Origin: the human T2T-CHM13v2.0 reference genome, Homo sapiens
Assembly: GCF_009914755.1 (NCBI RefSeq)
Contig: NC_060940.1
Length of the DNA stretch: 64,000 nucleotides
Reading direction: 5' to 3' (one strand)
Part shown: one piece after another, positions 42,521 through 63,256 of the stretch
Position numbering within the stretch: the stretch's first letter is position 1
Layout of the letters: every line of letters starts with the position of its first letter
Translations under genes and position numbers: made by a program
Notes under the pieces: model-generated
What the model was told of the DNA's origin: nothing
The model's database searches: none
The model's input: only the letters and a program-made list of their open reading frames with translations

Positions 42521-43389
42521 GCTCTCAGGAATCTACACTGGTCCCCCATTGATGTCAGGGGGTGCAATGGGCATCCTACTTCTAATGTCTTGATCATGTT
42601 TCTTCATTTAGAATAAACTTCTTTTCTTGCTAATCAAATTATATTACCCCTTTAGAACTCTCTGTATCCCTTCCTTTTGAACACTGCTCCAGCCTCTTGG
42701 GACTCCAGGACATCTTCTACATAATCTCATGTCTTTTAGACACGTCAGCTCACTACGGTAATAAAACACATACCACTACATTAAGAAACTTTTTTCTGTG
42801 AATGTCTTTACACTTGGTAACAGTATGTGGAGATTTTAACGTAATGGAAAGAAGATAAAATTAGGAACAGTTAGATTTGCATTTTTAACCTAGCTTAGCT
42901 GCTAATAATGAGTAATCAGGCACGCAATCTTAAGAAACCAAAAAAAAAAGTCATTTTACTCCATTCCCTGCTCCCCTCCAGTGGCAACCACCATAGCAGT
43001 TTCTTGTCTAACCTTCCAAGACAATCTATGCAAATACATATACTACATATAATTTTGCACAAATAGTAGTGTACTCCACACATTTTCTGGCATCCTAAAT
43101 TTCTGACTTAATAATCTTTGAGATGGTTTCATAATGGTAAATCTGTATTTGTGTCATATAGAGAATATAGTATTACATTGTATGAAGGTATCTCAGTAAC
43201 TGATTCTCTATTGATATGCAAATGCTGGGTTGTTTCCAATCTTTTGATAATCCAAACAATCCAACAATGAATAATTTTGTATAATCTCACCTTTGTGAGA
43301 TTATATCTGTAGTATAAATTCCTAAAATGAAAATTATGGTTTCAATTGTTACATTAAATTAAAATTTATATTTTACGCTCCATAGAAGA

Positions 43390-44930
43390 ATAGTTCTCAA
43401 ACTTTTAAATACTCTGAAAAACTGAAGACCCCAAAGAGCTTTGTTTATGTGACTTATATCTATGCTTATTTACTGTATTAAAAATTAAGACAGAAATAGT
43501 TCAATATTTTTATTAAGTTAAAATAACCATAAATATATTACATGTAAACACAAATAACAATTTCATGAAAAATAACTTTTACAAAACAAAAAGTTTTTGA
43601 AAAAAGAGTAGAATTGCCTGGCTTTAAAATAAAATTATATTTTAACACTGATTTTATATGCAATCTGTTGTAATATGTTGTTTTGGTTGACAAATACAAA
43701 AAATGCAGTTGGTAGAAGTATTAAAATAGCCTTTTCAGACAACCTTGGGTATTATCCCATCTATCGTCAAACTCAACAAGTAATTTTTTTTAACGGTTAT
43801 TTGCAATGAGGAATCTAAAGCCATATCAATGAATTTTCCCTACTCTGTTAATTAAAACCATTGGTCTATCTTGCACTTTGAATGAATGCTTCATATCCAT
43901 CTATGCATTCATGTAAAATGCATGACTTTGTGAAATCACACATTGATCATTTGAAAAATATTGGTTATGTGGACCTTCTAAATGTTGATACACTTCATTA
44001 TATCATATCAAAAATTCACATTTGTTGCTATCACTACAATCTCATCACAAAAGTCTTTAGATGTTGGGAAGCTGTCAGCTCATTGCAGATAAAAGTTTTC
44101 CAAAATTCAAATTTTTGCTTGAAAGCTCAAATTTTATCACTGCTACTGAATCCTGTCAGTTGTTTTCTTGATGTGACAAGCTCACTTCGTTCATTTTAGA
44201 GAAAATGTCCATCAACTACCGAAGCTGGAATAACAGTAGCTTGTCTGTCAAGTTGTTCTTTCAAGTAAGAAATGGTATTTTAAGAAGTAGCTAGTTTAGC
44301 TTGCAACTTAATCTCACCACTGCTTTTCGTCAACACAACCAACATACTTGGTACGCAGATGTGTTTTACGCATATTTTCCAACACAGACTATTATAAAGC
44401 TGTATACTCAAGGGTTGAGACTTACTAAAATTATTGTTTTTTTTGCAGAAAGAATTACTAAGTGAAACTGACCACGTTTCTTGTTCCCTTCCTCCCCCTC
44501 CTTCATTTTAAAATTGTGAATATATGGTGATGAAGACCACAATGAATACTAGTGAAGTTTGGTGCTACTACTTTGATTTGTGCTACACTGGAAGCAGCTT
44601 TATCCACCATTGCTTTGCTTTGTCCTTGTAAATGTCAACATGTGAAAAAGTCAAAAAATATCTTAGTATTAGTGTAAAAACAATTTTCACCTTGTGTAAT
44701 CCTTGAAAGAGATTCAGGGAGCCACCCCTCCAGAGGCCCAAATATATATACATATCTTTTTTGAGACAGAGTCTCACTCTGTCACCCAGGCTGGAGTGCA
44801 GTGGCGCCATCTCCGCTCACTGCAACTTTCGCCTCCTGTGTTCAAGCCATTCTCCTGCCTTGGCTTCCCAAGTACCCAGGATTATGGGCGTGTGCCACCA
44901 CGCCCAGCAGAGGCCCATATTTTGGATCAC
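43390..44930. mobile_element. Charlie1-like hAT DNA transposon remnant, nested in an old L1 and carrying an Alu monomer
   Basis: gttctcaaactt...gaagaccccaaagagctttgtttatgtg start; gaaagctcaaattttatca interior. Confidence 0.75.
44745..44908 (-). mobile_element. Alu right monomer (5'-truncated insertion)
   Basis: Right arm only; TSD agaggccca(a/t)at on both sides. Confidence 0.85.
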
Positions 44931-46369
44931 ACATTCAGAGTCACTACAAGAGAGGTTACACCAATACCTCAATTATCAAATGTTTTAACTTTTTGCCAGT
45001 CTGATAAGTGAAAATGATATCTCACTGTGGTTTTAATTTTTGTTTTCTAATGAATAATGTTGTTGGTCTTTTACCTGCCAGTTTGTAGCAGCCCTTTCAA
45101 AATTAAGAAAATTATTCTTTTATCTGTGATTTACTAATATTTTGCTTTATGGCTTCCATGTTTTGCTTATATTTTATAAAGGCATTTCCAGTACACACAT
45201 ATAACTCTGTTTCCCCCACCCACACCCTGTTTTGTTCTAGTACTTTGGAGCATTAGTTTTACTTTTAAGTCTTAGATTAACCTGAAATTTATTTTGATAT
45301 ACAATTGTGAGTTGTACTGCACTTTTTACAGATGGATATCTGGTTAGCTGTTCCACACCAATTACTGAATGATATATACTTTTCAGAAAAGAAACTAAAT
45401 CTCTTTCACTTTGTCTTTTATCTGTAAAATGATTAAAAGGAACATAACTTAGCTACCATATGTGATCACTGTAAGGATTAAATGTGGAAGAAAGAATTTG
45501 GAAAAAAACCCTTAAAGCAGTAAACAAACATAAAGGAGTCCATTATCCCTATCTAGCCCTATCACTGTGGTATTCTGTGTATTTAATACAGTGGTATGCT
45601 CTGCCTAGGACATAGGCAAAAGAGTAAAAAAAGGCATTAACTCCTGGAAGGACAGAAGTACTTTTTCTTCAGGGTTCTCACTTCAAAAACCCACTGCAAA
45701 GTTGTCAGTGGAAATACTAAAACACTTGGTCATGAAAAATGAAACTAACAATTTAGAATTTGACAAATGTTGCTCCATAGATGGTGAAAAAAAATTGTAA
45801 ATGGAATGGCTAAATATTTCTATCTACAATCTGGAACTCTGAGTTCAAAAACAAAAATAAATCAGTGATTTCTGATTACAGAGTAGAACATGGCATGACA
45901 GCTAACACAGGGAATAAGTCAAAATGCCTCCTTCCACCATCTGGAAAATCTACTCATGGATGACTGTAGCATAGATGAGCTATAAATACCACAAATCACA
46001 TGACTAATTAATGGTAGAAGGTTTTAAATAGAATTCAAGGCTTTTAATATGTGAGACCCAGGGCTGAAAGATTTCTATGCAGAATCTCTGAAACTGCACT
46101 TCTTGCTAAAATGGACTCTGAATATAGACAGAAATAATGGCTTTCTCATTATACTTGGCTAGAGATAAGGGATATATGACAGATAATGTAATTACATATA
46201 AAATGACATTTTCTTTTGTGATTCATTATTAATATAAAGCTAGAAATACAGGCTGAAATTTTTAAAAATCCATTTACTTTTTACTTTTGAAAACAGTGAA
46301 GAATATAACTTTATATTTTTCAGAACACATCATTAACATAAGAGAAATTATTCTCACAAAAGTACAGAA

Positions 46370-46525
46370 TGGGGCATGGTGGTACATGTTAGTTCCAGCT
46401 ACTTGAGAGGCCAAAGCAGGAGGACTACTTGACCCCAGGAGTTGGAGGCTGCAGAGTACTATGACTGTGCCTGTAGATGGGCACTGCACTCCAGCCTGGA
46501 CAACACAGCAAGACTCTATCATTTA
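46370..46525 (+). mobile_element. FAM-like fossil Alu monomer
   Basis: Monomer containing the gcctgtagatgggcactgcactcc insertion typical of FAM. Confidence 0.7.
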
Positions 46526-47201
46526 CAAACATACACAATGCTACATTTTTGATATCATAGGAAACAACGATTATTATATAAACCAGGCTAGATACTTTTA
46601 GAAAATAAAATTAAGAATTTTAAAATAATTGAATAGTATAAAAATATATGGCATGCATGAACATATTTACAATTCTTTATTTTTAAAATGCTCATAAACC
46701 AAATTATGACAATGTGAAACAAGTGCTAATACAAATGGAAAACAAGAAAAAAGATAGTATCATCTACATTACTATGTGGAAGGGATAAACAATTTCTTCA
46801 AAATATTAATTTTTAAATGGCATAAATGAAAGAATTATGAATATGTACATGGATTTACTTATTCTGCTTCAGATGTTAAATAGCATACAGGTTGATTTTA
46901 AAGTTCTGCACATATACAGAATTAATGTACCTATGTTATTGAAGAGAAGTCTACAAAGTACTAGTGCCTTAGTGGAACTTTAAAAATAAGAAATATATAC
47001 TATTAAAGAATCTGAACATGATCAGAAAAGAAAAGCTATACTTCTTTAAGATGCTGCCAGTCACTGTCAGACATAGTAACGCTGGAAAGTGTGACATGGT
47101 ACCAAGGACACAGAAAGTTAACTAAATTAGCTTTAATATAAGTTTTTGTAAAAACAATTATTAATTTTTAATTGACAAAAACTTTATAAATTTATGATCT
47201 A

Positions 47202-47565
<364 letters not shown>

Positions 47566-47914
47566 TTAGCACATGCATTTACTTACATATTTAACATTTT
47601 TTCTGTGTGTTCAGAGCACTTAAAATCTACTCTCTTATCAATTTCCAAGTATATATTGTTATTAACTATAGTCATCACATTGTATTTAATATAAACTTAA
47701 GCTTTGTGAATACTTGGCCATCAGAAAGGACATTCAGGATGATTATTTTTCTCTTGCCAAGGTCTGAGATAAACCATTCTATTTATTGTTCTGATTGATA
47801 TAAATATTTTTGTTATTTAAATTCCCAAATAATTGCCAGGCTTCAATATTATCTCATGGATACTTATCTAGTGATGCTTTTCTGTTTTGCTGAGTATACC
47901 AATTCTTTCACTAC

Positions 47915-48425
47915 TATTATGATTTGAATATTTGTCCCCTCCAAAACTCATGTTGAAATTTAATGCCTAATGAGGCACTATTGAGAAGTGTGGCCTTCAA
48001 GAGGTGACTGGGTCAGGAGGGTTCTCCCCACATGAATAGATTAACTCATTCATGAGTTAATTAGTTGATATGTTAATGAATTCATGGGTGATCATGGCAA
48101 AGAACATGGGTTATCATGGGAGGAGAATCATAGGATTTTATATTTGGGAAGAAGATGATAATCAAAGTGCCATAAGAAAAGGAAGAGAGGCCTGAGCTAC
48201 CACATTAGCAGGCTCAGCCCCCTAGTAATTTGATTCTCTGTGCTGCCTTGGGATTCTGCAGAGTCCCCACCAGGAGGACTCTGGTATTATCAGATGTGGC
48301 TATTATCAGATGTGGCTGCTTGACTTTGGACTTCTCAGATTACATAACTGTAAGAAATAAATTTCTTTTCTTTCTAAATTACCCAGTTTCATAAATTCTT
48401 TTATAAGTAACAATGGAATAAGACA
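47915..48425 (+). mobile_element. MST-type MaLR solo LTR
   Basis: tttgaatatttgtcccctccaaaactcatgttgaaatttaat...aactgtaagaaataaattt...taagaca; 16-bp internal tandem duplication at 48285-48316. Confidence 0.85.
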
Positions 48426-48971
48426 ACTACTATACCTTGATGATTTTTTTTCCTAACTCAGAGTTTGATAAAGCAGTCATGACCTATTCTTTTTCCTGTT
48501 CTGAGATTCCCCTCTTCTCTCCAATATGTGAATCAAGGTAAAAGCTGACTATCTCAGTGAGTTGGGGTAGTAATGGGGTGGACTGAGATTGGGTCTCAGT
48601 ATACCCAATTCCAGCCCAGTCACCATGATGATGGTGGAAATGTTTCCTAAACATTCTACATGGCAACAGCCTTGTTTATTTTACTTTCTGAAGTCTGGAA
48701 GAGAACAGGGAGAGGAAGACGGGACTAGATTATTCTTAAAATTCTTATGATTAAACCCTAAAACTCTATGGCTATTGTTTTATATGAAGTATTAAATGTG
48801 CTATGAAATTATAATCATTTTAGCTTTTCTTACCAAAAATAAATATGTGTATATTTAACTATGCACAGATAGAGTATAATTTTTCTATAATGTTCGTTCA
48901 TATGTCATATAAAATGAAGAGAAATATTTCTATCAATACTACTTTAAAATTTTGGGATATATCTTTAAAAA

Positions 48972-53310
<4,339 letters not shown>

Positions 53311-54269
53311 ATCAAACCATATATAACTTAAAATTTGGAGTAAATGTGATAGTTGAGAAGAAGGAAATTTAGACACATTTCTTACACACGGTGTTAAAAC
53401 AGAAGAAAAATACTTAGTATATCCTTGTTATATAACTAATTAGCTTAAACATTCTTATTTTCTACCAAGCAGAGTGATACTTAAGGGCTATTAATTCTTT
53501 TGTCTATTTACTTCTGAGTGCTCTCAATATGACAGAAAATAAATTCCGTTGGGGAATCATTTTAAGATTAGCACATTTAAATGAAAGAGATCAAACTTTT
53601 TTCCGTCAACAGTCTCTCATTTTACTAATAAACTAACCTATTATGACAAACTACTAGCTAACTCAAACCCATAATCTGAATTCTAAAAATAAGCAAGAAA
53701 CTGAAATACAATCCTATTTTTTGCTTTATACATTTATTCACACCCATGATACAAGGTAGGCAAAGGTGGCTGCTAGTCTCTTCGTCAGTACGATCCTGCA
53801 TTCAAAATAAAGCCTAAGACCAAAAGAACAGAAACGTATTTAAATATAAAAATCCACGCTTAAGGCAGCAAGGACTGAAAAATGGTTCCTTCTTATTATG
53901 ATTAGAATAAAGCACCATAAAATGATGGTAAAGTAATATCATTGTAAAATGAAATCTTTACACACAAAAGCTTTCATTTAATCCTAACAATCTAGGATTT
54001 TATATTTGGGCAGAAGACGAGAATCAAAATGCAAATGATTAAAGCTATTCTAAAGAATTCTTAAGAAAAGAAGTCATGCTTGGGGGCAGCAGAAAGGACA
54101 ATGGGAAAGATACTGCTTTCAGGACTGTCTGTTACTAGGGTGCTTAGTCAATTCAGTTTTTCTATCCACAAAATGAGAAGGCTAGATTCCATGTATGACA
54201 TTCTAAAATGCTACCAGCAGTCCACTTCCACTAAGGCCACAGTCTACTTTAGGAGCATGGGCTTAAGTT

Positions 54270-54680
54270 CATCACAAGGACTTGAGGTCAAATCTCAGCT
54301 ATCACTTGCTAGCAGTGTTGCCTTGGGAAAGTTATTTATGATTTCTAAGCCTCAGTTTCTTTATCTGTAAAATGCATACTATCCCAATGTTTTCTTGTAA
54401 AGATTAAATGATGATGATGACAATGATCACACTAATAAGCAGTCACTGAGTGTTTACTATGTGCAAAACAGTTATGAGTTTTATACATGTATTATCTCCT
54501 TTAATCTTCATAACAACTCAAATTGTGTTATTATCCTATATTATGACCTCCATTTAACAGAAGGAGAAATGGAAGTATAAGAGGTTAAGTACCTTGCCCA
54601 TGAACACAGATTTAGTAAGAGGCAGAATCAGAATACAAACTCAGGCAGCCTGCGTCGAGAGCCCATATTCTCGTCTACTT
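54270..54680. mobile_element. MIR fragments
   Basis: ctaagcctcagtttctttatctgtaaaatg and agaggttaagtaccttgcccatgaacacag cores. Confidence 0.7.
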
Positions 54681-54892
54681 CCCTTTGCATAGTTCTTGGC
54701 ACATAAGAGCTAAATATGTGGTAGTAATTGTTAGAATAAGACACTCAGAAGTGTCAAATGGTGACACTACAATATCAAAGACAGTTGCTTTTACATAAGC
54801 CAAATGTCAACATTTGGGCAGGGATAGGTTACAGATTCTTAGTTTCTTCTGGAGAACATAAATGAAAGAGTGACCTTTAAAGAGGGCTGAAA

Positions 54893-56335
54893 ATGCCTGG
54901 TACTGGTAAAAAATAGACAGGCATGCCAATGGAACAGAATAGAGAGCCCAGAAATAAAGCTGCACACCCATAAAAAAATGATCTTTGACAAAGTTGAGAA
55001 AAATGAGCATGGGAAAAAGGACTCTCTATTCAATAAATGGTGCTGGGAAAACTGGCTAACCATATGCAGAAGAATGAAACTGGACCCCTACCTCTTACCA
55101 TATATAAAAAAGAACTGAAGATGGATTAAAGACATAAATGTAAGACCTCAACCTAAAAAATCCTAGAACAAAACCTAGGAAATACTCTTTGGGACATGTC
55201 CCTAGGAAAAGAATTTATGACTAAGTCCTCAAAAGCAAGTGAAACAAAAATAAAAATTGACAAGTTGAATCTAATGAAATTAAAGAGCTTCTGCATAGCC
55301 AAGAAACAAATAAACAAACCCAAAAAACAAAAAACCTAAACTATCAACAGAGTAAAAAGACAACCTATAGAATGGGAGAAAATATTTGCAAACTATGCAT
55401 TCTAAAAGGGACTAATATCCAGAATCGATAAGGAACTTAAGCAAATCAACAAAAACAAAAATAACACCATTAAAAACTGGGCAAAGAACATGAACAGATA
55501 CTTCTCAAAAGAAGACATACGAGCAGCCGACAAACATGAAAAAATGCTCAATATCACTAATCATCAGAGAAATGCAAATCAAAACCACAATGAGATACCA
55601 CCTCACACCAGTCAGAATGGCTATTAAGAAGTCAAAAAATAACAGATGCTGGCAAGGCTGCAGAGAAAAGGGAATGCTTAGCACACACTGTTGGTGGAAA
55701 TGTAAATTAATTCAGCCACTGTGGAAAGTAGCTTGGAGATTTCTCAAAGAACTTAAAAGAGAACTACCATTCTACCCAGTAATCCCATTAATGTGTATAC
55801 ACTCAAAGGAAAATAAATTGTTCTACCAAAAAGACATCTGCACTTGTATGTTCATCACAGCACTGTTCACAATAGCAAAGACATGGAAACAATCTAGGTG
55901 CCCATCAACGGTGGACTGGATAAAGAAAATGTGGTACCAATGGAATACTATGTAGCCATAAAAATGAGCAAAATCATGTCCTCTGCAGCAGCGTAAATGC
56001 AGCTGGAGGCCATTATCCTAAGTGAATTAACACAGAAACAGAAAGCCAAATACTGCATGTTCTCATTTACAAGTGGGAGCTAAACCCTGGATACCCATGG
56101 ACGTAAAGATAGAAACAGACACTGGGGACTCCAAAAGGAAGGAGGAAGGGAGGGACAGAGGGAAGAGGGCAAGGGCTGAAAAACTTCCTATGGGGTACTG
56201 TGTTCACTACTTGGGTAACAGGATCAATAGAAGCCCAGATCTCAGCATCATGCAAATATACCCATGCAACAAATCTGCACATGGACCCTCTGAATCTAAA
56301 CTAAAATTAACAATTAAATAAAACAAAACAGAAAC
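54893..56335 (+). mobile_element. L1PA15/16-like 3' 1.4 kb
   Basis: ORF 55536..55955 is the L1 ORF2 C-terminus ([11 protein letters not shown]...[13 protein letters not shown]); 3'UTR and A-rich tail follow. Confidence 0.9.
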
Positions 56336-56963
56336 CCAAAGAAAAGGGCTCCATTACAGTGAACGTTGATAAAAACTGCGAATAAAGGTTATCCTAACTT
56401 CTGCTTATACTCTTCTTTCATTGAAATATCTATCTTTGTGAGATTTACCTTTCAGATCCTTTTATAACCCATAATATTCTAAATAAACATGGGTTAGTTT
56501 AAAAGTAAAAGAAGGGTCAAGTTTCAGAAATAAGTAGACTAACTTGAAATAGCCTTTTGAAAAATAAAAGAACAGTCTCGTCATGCTAATTTTGAAATTT
56601 TCATGAGAAAAGTAGTTTAGGTGTTGTTAGTAATTTTTGTTGTACGATCTATGAGCTAATTAGTACTTTTACTCAGACGATAAACATCTTTAATTCCCTT
56701 CAAAGCTGTAATTATAATTTCCACTTGCAGGTATTTTTGATCACCTATGAAACAGCTAAATACATAATCTCCTCAAATACCCCAAATATTATTAGGACAT
56801 CAAATTCTTAGGTCAAAGCACCTTGTCTTTAAGAAGCTCATTTTGTTCTTTCAATAAAAGACTCTTATGTATGAAATGTCTGAACCAGTGTTGCGGTTTT
56901 CTCACTCTGACTAAATCCTTGTTTCACAAGTAGCTGTGAACTTTTTGCCAGAAGGGTAGAGGT

Positions 56964-57048
56964 GGTGTAACTAACCTGCACATTGTGCACAGGTACCCTA
57001 AAACTTAAAGTATAATAATAATAAAATAAAATAAAATAAAATAAAAAA
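56964..57048 (+). mobile_element. Young L1PA (about PA2/3) micro-insertion: extreme 3' end plus tail
   Basis: tgtaactaacctgcacattgtgcacaggtaccctaaaacttaaagtataataat(aaaat)n; perfect 14-bp TSD agaagggtagaggt at 56950-56963 and 57049-57062. Confidence 0.93.
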
Positions 57049-58989
57049 AGAAGGGTAGAGGTAGATGAAATAAACAGCTGCTAACAATGATATTCCATGG
57101 ATTTCACAGAATATTCATTTTCAAGATTAAAATCTTTGTTATCCATCCTTTCAAGGGAAAAATAGGGAATCAAATATGAAGCTGCTATGTTCAAAAGCAA
57201 GGTGCACAAGGAATTCTATAGCAGCTTTTACCTCTACAAGCACTTCACGGCCACTAAAAGTAAAATGTTCTAACTATTAACAAGCGTAAAGATCCCTGTA
57301 ACTTGGTGTTTCATTTACATATTTTGTTCATATTTTCCTAATGATCAATCCTTTTAATTTAAATAATCAGTCAACAGAATATAACAATCAGCTTTGACTT
57401 ATTTCTCACTGATTTCAAATTACATATGTTAGAACTATAAAAGGCCATAGAAATTATGTCCTTTATCTCCATCATTTTATAGATGAGAAAATGGAGGCCC
57501 AGAAAGGTTAAGCCATTTGTCTGGGATCAGACAGACAGGGAGAGGCAAGACTTGACTCCAGTCATGGGGTCCTTCAACCCATGCAAGCTCTATTTAGGAA
57601 TGGCCCAGAACCAGGTAATTATTCAATTTGTTAGGCATAAGTCAGTGAACAACATCAGGATTTTCACGTCAGTCTTTCCAACTAACTTCTGCATTAAAGC
57701 AGCAGTTTATTCAAAGGTACTAGAGCAATTTACGAGGTTATTCATCTATGAAATAATTGAAACATCATTTACTATCATATTTATAAACATACTTTAATTG
57801 TGTTCATAAGCACTGAATTAATCACCGAAAGGGAGAAAAACACCTACACATGCAGTTGTCTCAATTTTAATAAATATACAATGCCCAAAGCTGTTCTTAT
57901 TTTTTTTTTCTATTCCTATACACATGAAGGGTATGTCCTGGGATGGAAGAAGGAAATTGATAATTCCTGAATATCTACTAAGTCCTAGTAGAGGTTATTT
58001 TATATGTACTACATTAATATTTAATTCTGACAAAAACTATGAATAACAGAGTATTATCTTTAATTTACAGATGAGGACATTGATGCTTGGTAATATTAAT
58101 CACCCAAGGAAAAAGCCAATACATGGCAGGCAAAAGTGGAATTTTAACTCAAGTCTGCCTAAGTTCATTATCCAAGGATGTCTCCTCTCTTCCTGAAACT
58201 GAAAAGTGTTTGTCAAAGGTTCATCCAGAATTAGAGACCTAGCAAGCAGCTGAAAAATATGGTTTTTCTCTGGATTGAAGGTAAATGGACAATACTGGAG
58301 AATATGCCCTTAAATATGACTTTTTACCTTATTTTGAGTTGATTAGTTTAGAAATAAGAAAAGCAAACATTCGTTATAAAATTTTTCTTTTAATGAAGTA
58401 TATAAGCACTGTATTAACCATAATATAAAATGGCCACATAACTTTTATAAGTTCATGAAGTTGGTAAGCAGTAGAGCTGGGATTCATACCAAGAGCTGTT
58501 TGGCTTTAGGACTAGAGGTATGTTACCGTACTTCCCTATGGTCAGTTTTCTAATCCACAAAAGAAGCAGAGTGGACATAAGACCCGTTTCGTGCTTTAAG
58601 GAACTGCTCTTTTTACCTTGCTCTTCAAGCAGGAAAACAGTCTTCATCATGGACTAGGTCTTTACTAAGCAATATTAAATACTGAAAAATATAATGGTTT
58701 CAACTGAGATTTTAAAATTCAATGAACTGTGATACCACATTTACATGACTTCATTTTATATGAAATAGTACCTTTCAATTTAGATACCCACAATATCATC
58801 TGGCACACCATTTACCATATTGGTATTTTGGCCCACCAGTAAGAAAGTTGTGAAATAATAGTGTTAGTATGTGAAAAGGCTTTTAATCATGTTCTATTTT
58901 ATTAATCATTGATTTTGCTAAATACAATGAAATCCATGAATGTTACTCTCATTCAAAGAACCTCTCAATACATGAATGAATATATTTTA

Positions 58990-59250
58990 GGCTGGGTGCA
59001 GCGGTTCATATCTGTAATCCCAGCACTTTGGGAGGCTGAAGCAGGTGGACTGCTTGAGCCCAGGAGTTCAAGACAAGCCTGGGCAACATGGCCAAAGGAA
59101 GTTAGCTGGGTGTGCTGGTGTGTGCCTGTAGTCCCAAATACTTAAGAGGCTGAGGTGAGAGGATTGCTTGACCTGGGGAGGTTGAGGCTGCAGTGAGCCA
59201 TGATCTCACTACTGCACTCCAAACTGGGTGACAGAGTGAGCCCTGTCTTA
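58990..59250 (+). mobile_element. AluJ with central deletion
   Basis: Alu dimer missing the middle A-rich linker. Confidence 0.88.
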
Positions 59251-59699
59251 AAAAAGAATAAAAAAGAAAATACATTTTATTCTATATTAAACAAACACTT
59301 AAATATAGGAGCAGTGAACGCCAAAAAATTCCTAGAGCAAGTGATTTCTCAGATTTTGTTTCATTGTGTTTTTGGTCAATGATTCACTGCTTGGTTGAAG
59401 TCATGCGTCAAGGCAAATTACACAGTTTTATATAGGTGGAGAACTGTTAGCTGGATTATAACGCTGACTTTTGGGTCTATATAATTTCAACTCTGACAAA
59501 CAAGAAATTCCTGCAGCTCCTTCCCCACCCTGAGTTATAGCAAATAATCATCAGTCAACATTAGTCTAATTTTTCAGACAGGTCCCATTTTATGATATTA
59601 CTCTCTATACATGCAAATATTATAATTAGAAAATATTCTTATAGTGTTCTGAGATGAGAAAAATTTTTTTGTTAACTACCAAGAATTTATTTAAAATTA

Positions 59700-60987
59700 A
59701 TGCAAAATGACTCACAGACTTACAGAGCTAAAATTAGAAAGCTTATAGAAGAAAACAGGAAAAAATTTTTCTGTCCTTAGGTTATTAAGCAAAGAATTCT
59801 TAGATATGACATGAGAAACATGATACTAAAAGCAAAATTGGATAAACCTGACCTGATAAAAATTACACATACATGCTTTTATAAAACCCATTAAGATGAC
59901 TGGGTGCAGTGGCTCATGCCAGTAAACCTAGCACTTTGGGAGGCCGAGGAGGGTGGATCACCTGAGGTCAGGAGTTCAAGACCAACCTGGCCAACATGGT
60001 GAAACCCTGTCTCTACTAAAAATACAAAAATCAGTCAGGCGTGGTGGTGGGCACCTGTAATCCCAGCTACTAGGGAGGCTGAGGCAGGAGAATCATTTGA
60101 ACCTGGGAGGCGGAGGTTGCTGTGAGCCCAGATCATGCCCATTGCACTCCAGCCTGGGTTGCAAGAGCGAGACTCTAAGAAAAAACAAAACAAAACAAGA
60201 CAAAAAAACAAACCCAAAAGTCCCCCAAAACAACAAAAAACCCTACTAAGACATAAAAAGACAAGCTGCAGAGTGGAGAATAAAAGAATTGCAAATCATG
60301 TATCTTATAAAGGATTTGTTTGAAGAATATACAAAGAAGTACTATAACTTAAGATGTCACACAATGGGTTTCTAAAACATGGACAAAGAATTGGAATAGA
60401 CATTTCACAACAGAAAAACCTACAAATGGCAAATAAACTTATAAAAAAGATGTTCAGCATCATTAGTCATAAGGGAAATGCAAATAAATGGCAAAATAAG
60501 ACACCACTACACACCAAATAAAATAGTTATAATAAAAAAGAATGACAATACTAACTGTTGACAAGAATGTAGAGAGAATAGAAATCTCATACATTCCTGG
60601 TAGTAACAATATGGATAGCCACTTTGGAAACATAAAATGTTAAGCATACACTTATCATATTGATCTGGTATTTCCACTCCTAGGTATTACTAAGAAAAAG
60701 GAAACCATGTATCTACACACAGTCTTTTAAACAAATGTTCACAGCAGTATTATTCCTAGTAACCCCAAACTGGAAATAATCTAAAGTCTCCCTCAACAGT
60801 TTACAGATAAATAAAATGTCATATACTCATACAATGGAATACCACTCAGCAATTAAAAGGAACAAATTACGAATACATATTACAATATGAGTGAACCTTA
60901 GATGCTAACAAGCCAGAAATACAGTATGATTCCATTTACATAAAATGTCTAGAATAGGCCAAAGTATAGAGACAAAAAGTAGATCAA
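59700..60987 (+). mobile_element. Old L1MB/MC 3' fragment containing an AluSq/Sp (59898-~60215)
   Basis: tagacatttcac...catcattagtcataagggaaatgcaaat...atacaatggaataccactcagcaatt; full Alu inside. Confidence 0.8.
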
Positions 60988-61504
60988 ATGATGTCAGCAA
61001 AATGGCAGAGTAGGCAGCTCCTGGATCTCTCACAGACACCCAGAGAAAACAAGCTGAAACTATCAGAAATAACTGTCAGAACTCTGGAAAACGGTCAAAG
61101 GTTGACAGCAACCAAGCAAATGCTGAATCAAGAAACAGGCAACTTGAAAATGGTAGGAAAATTTGACAGCATTTTTCCTTGCCCTTGTCCTGCTGCTCTC
61201 GGCTGTGGTAGCAGTGCTGAAGCAGTGACAACACTGGTCCCTGGATTTGAGGAAATACAGCAGATCTCACTTATAAATCATTGTGTATGTCTGTTCTAAC
61301 GTGTCTAGGGACTATCTGGAAGATGGACAGAAGGTGCTTGATTCTCTTTTGGCTAACTTGAAACTAAGGACAGAAAAGCAGCAGACATTACTCAAAACAC
61401 TCCAAAGCCCACAGATACCTGAGGCAAAAGATGATGGATCAAGTCATACAACGGCATATAAGGCACTGGAGAAAAAGCTAAGGGAAATTCGTTAAGAAAT
61501 TAGG

Positions 61505-61995
<491 letters not shown>

Positions 61996-62113
61996 AAGAA
62001 ATTAGGACAGCTGATGAATGCTGAAGATATAGGTACTTGATATCCTCTTGTGGAAATTTTGACTCCAAACTTTCAGCTGGAAGGTCAGTGGAATAACTTT
62101 AAAAAAGAATCAC

Positions 62114-62416
<303 letters not shown>

Positions 62417-62951
62417 TCACAATGCATGGCTTTTTAGATTTTTGGTACATACGTTAAGGATTGTGAACAAACTGAAATGTCTGTGTAGTGATCCTCAACA
62501 CAACCAATAAAATCGCAATTGCGACAGAAGGTAAAAAAACACTCGTGTATGGTGAGATGCAGTGGGGGAGGGTTGCGGGGAGAGGTATGGTGGCGTTCAG
62601 AAAACCACATGCATTGCCAGGGCAAGATGTGTGCTCAGAAAGGGACCTGAGAAGACCCTGAGTTTTCACATGGGCTGTTCCCTAGACTCTGTGCGAGCCC
62701 CAGTGCAAGTGCTGTAGAAGTGCCCTAGCACAGAGCCAGTCTGCAAAGACTGGGAAATATGATTGCTGTTTGTTTTATTTCTTGGTTTCATGTTTGTTTG
62801 TTTGTTTTTAGTTCCTGCTATTCAAGGAAATCTCTGTCAAAACATTAGATGAACACGAACTGAAGGAACAGAAATTTCAGTGACACACATGACAAGGAAT
62901 ACAGTCTTTCAAAAAAATAGTTTGGAAAATTACTAAACAAATGGCACTATA

Positions 62952-63256
<305 letters not shown>

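Noticed and set aside
42966-42990. CTCF-like motif (ccactggaggggagcag on minus strand)
   Set aside because: Mismatches at core positions, and it lies in an old repeat remnant.
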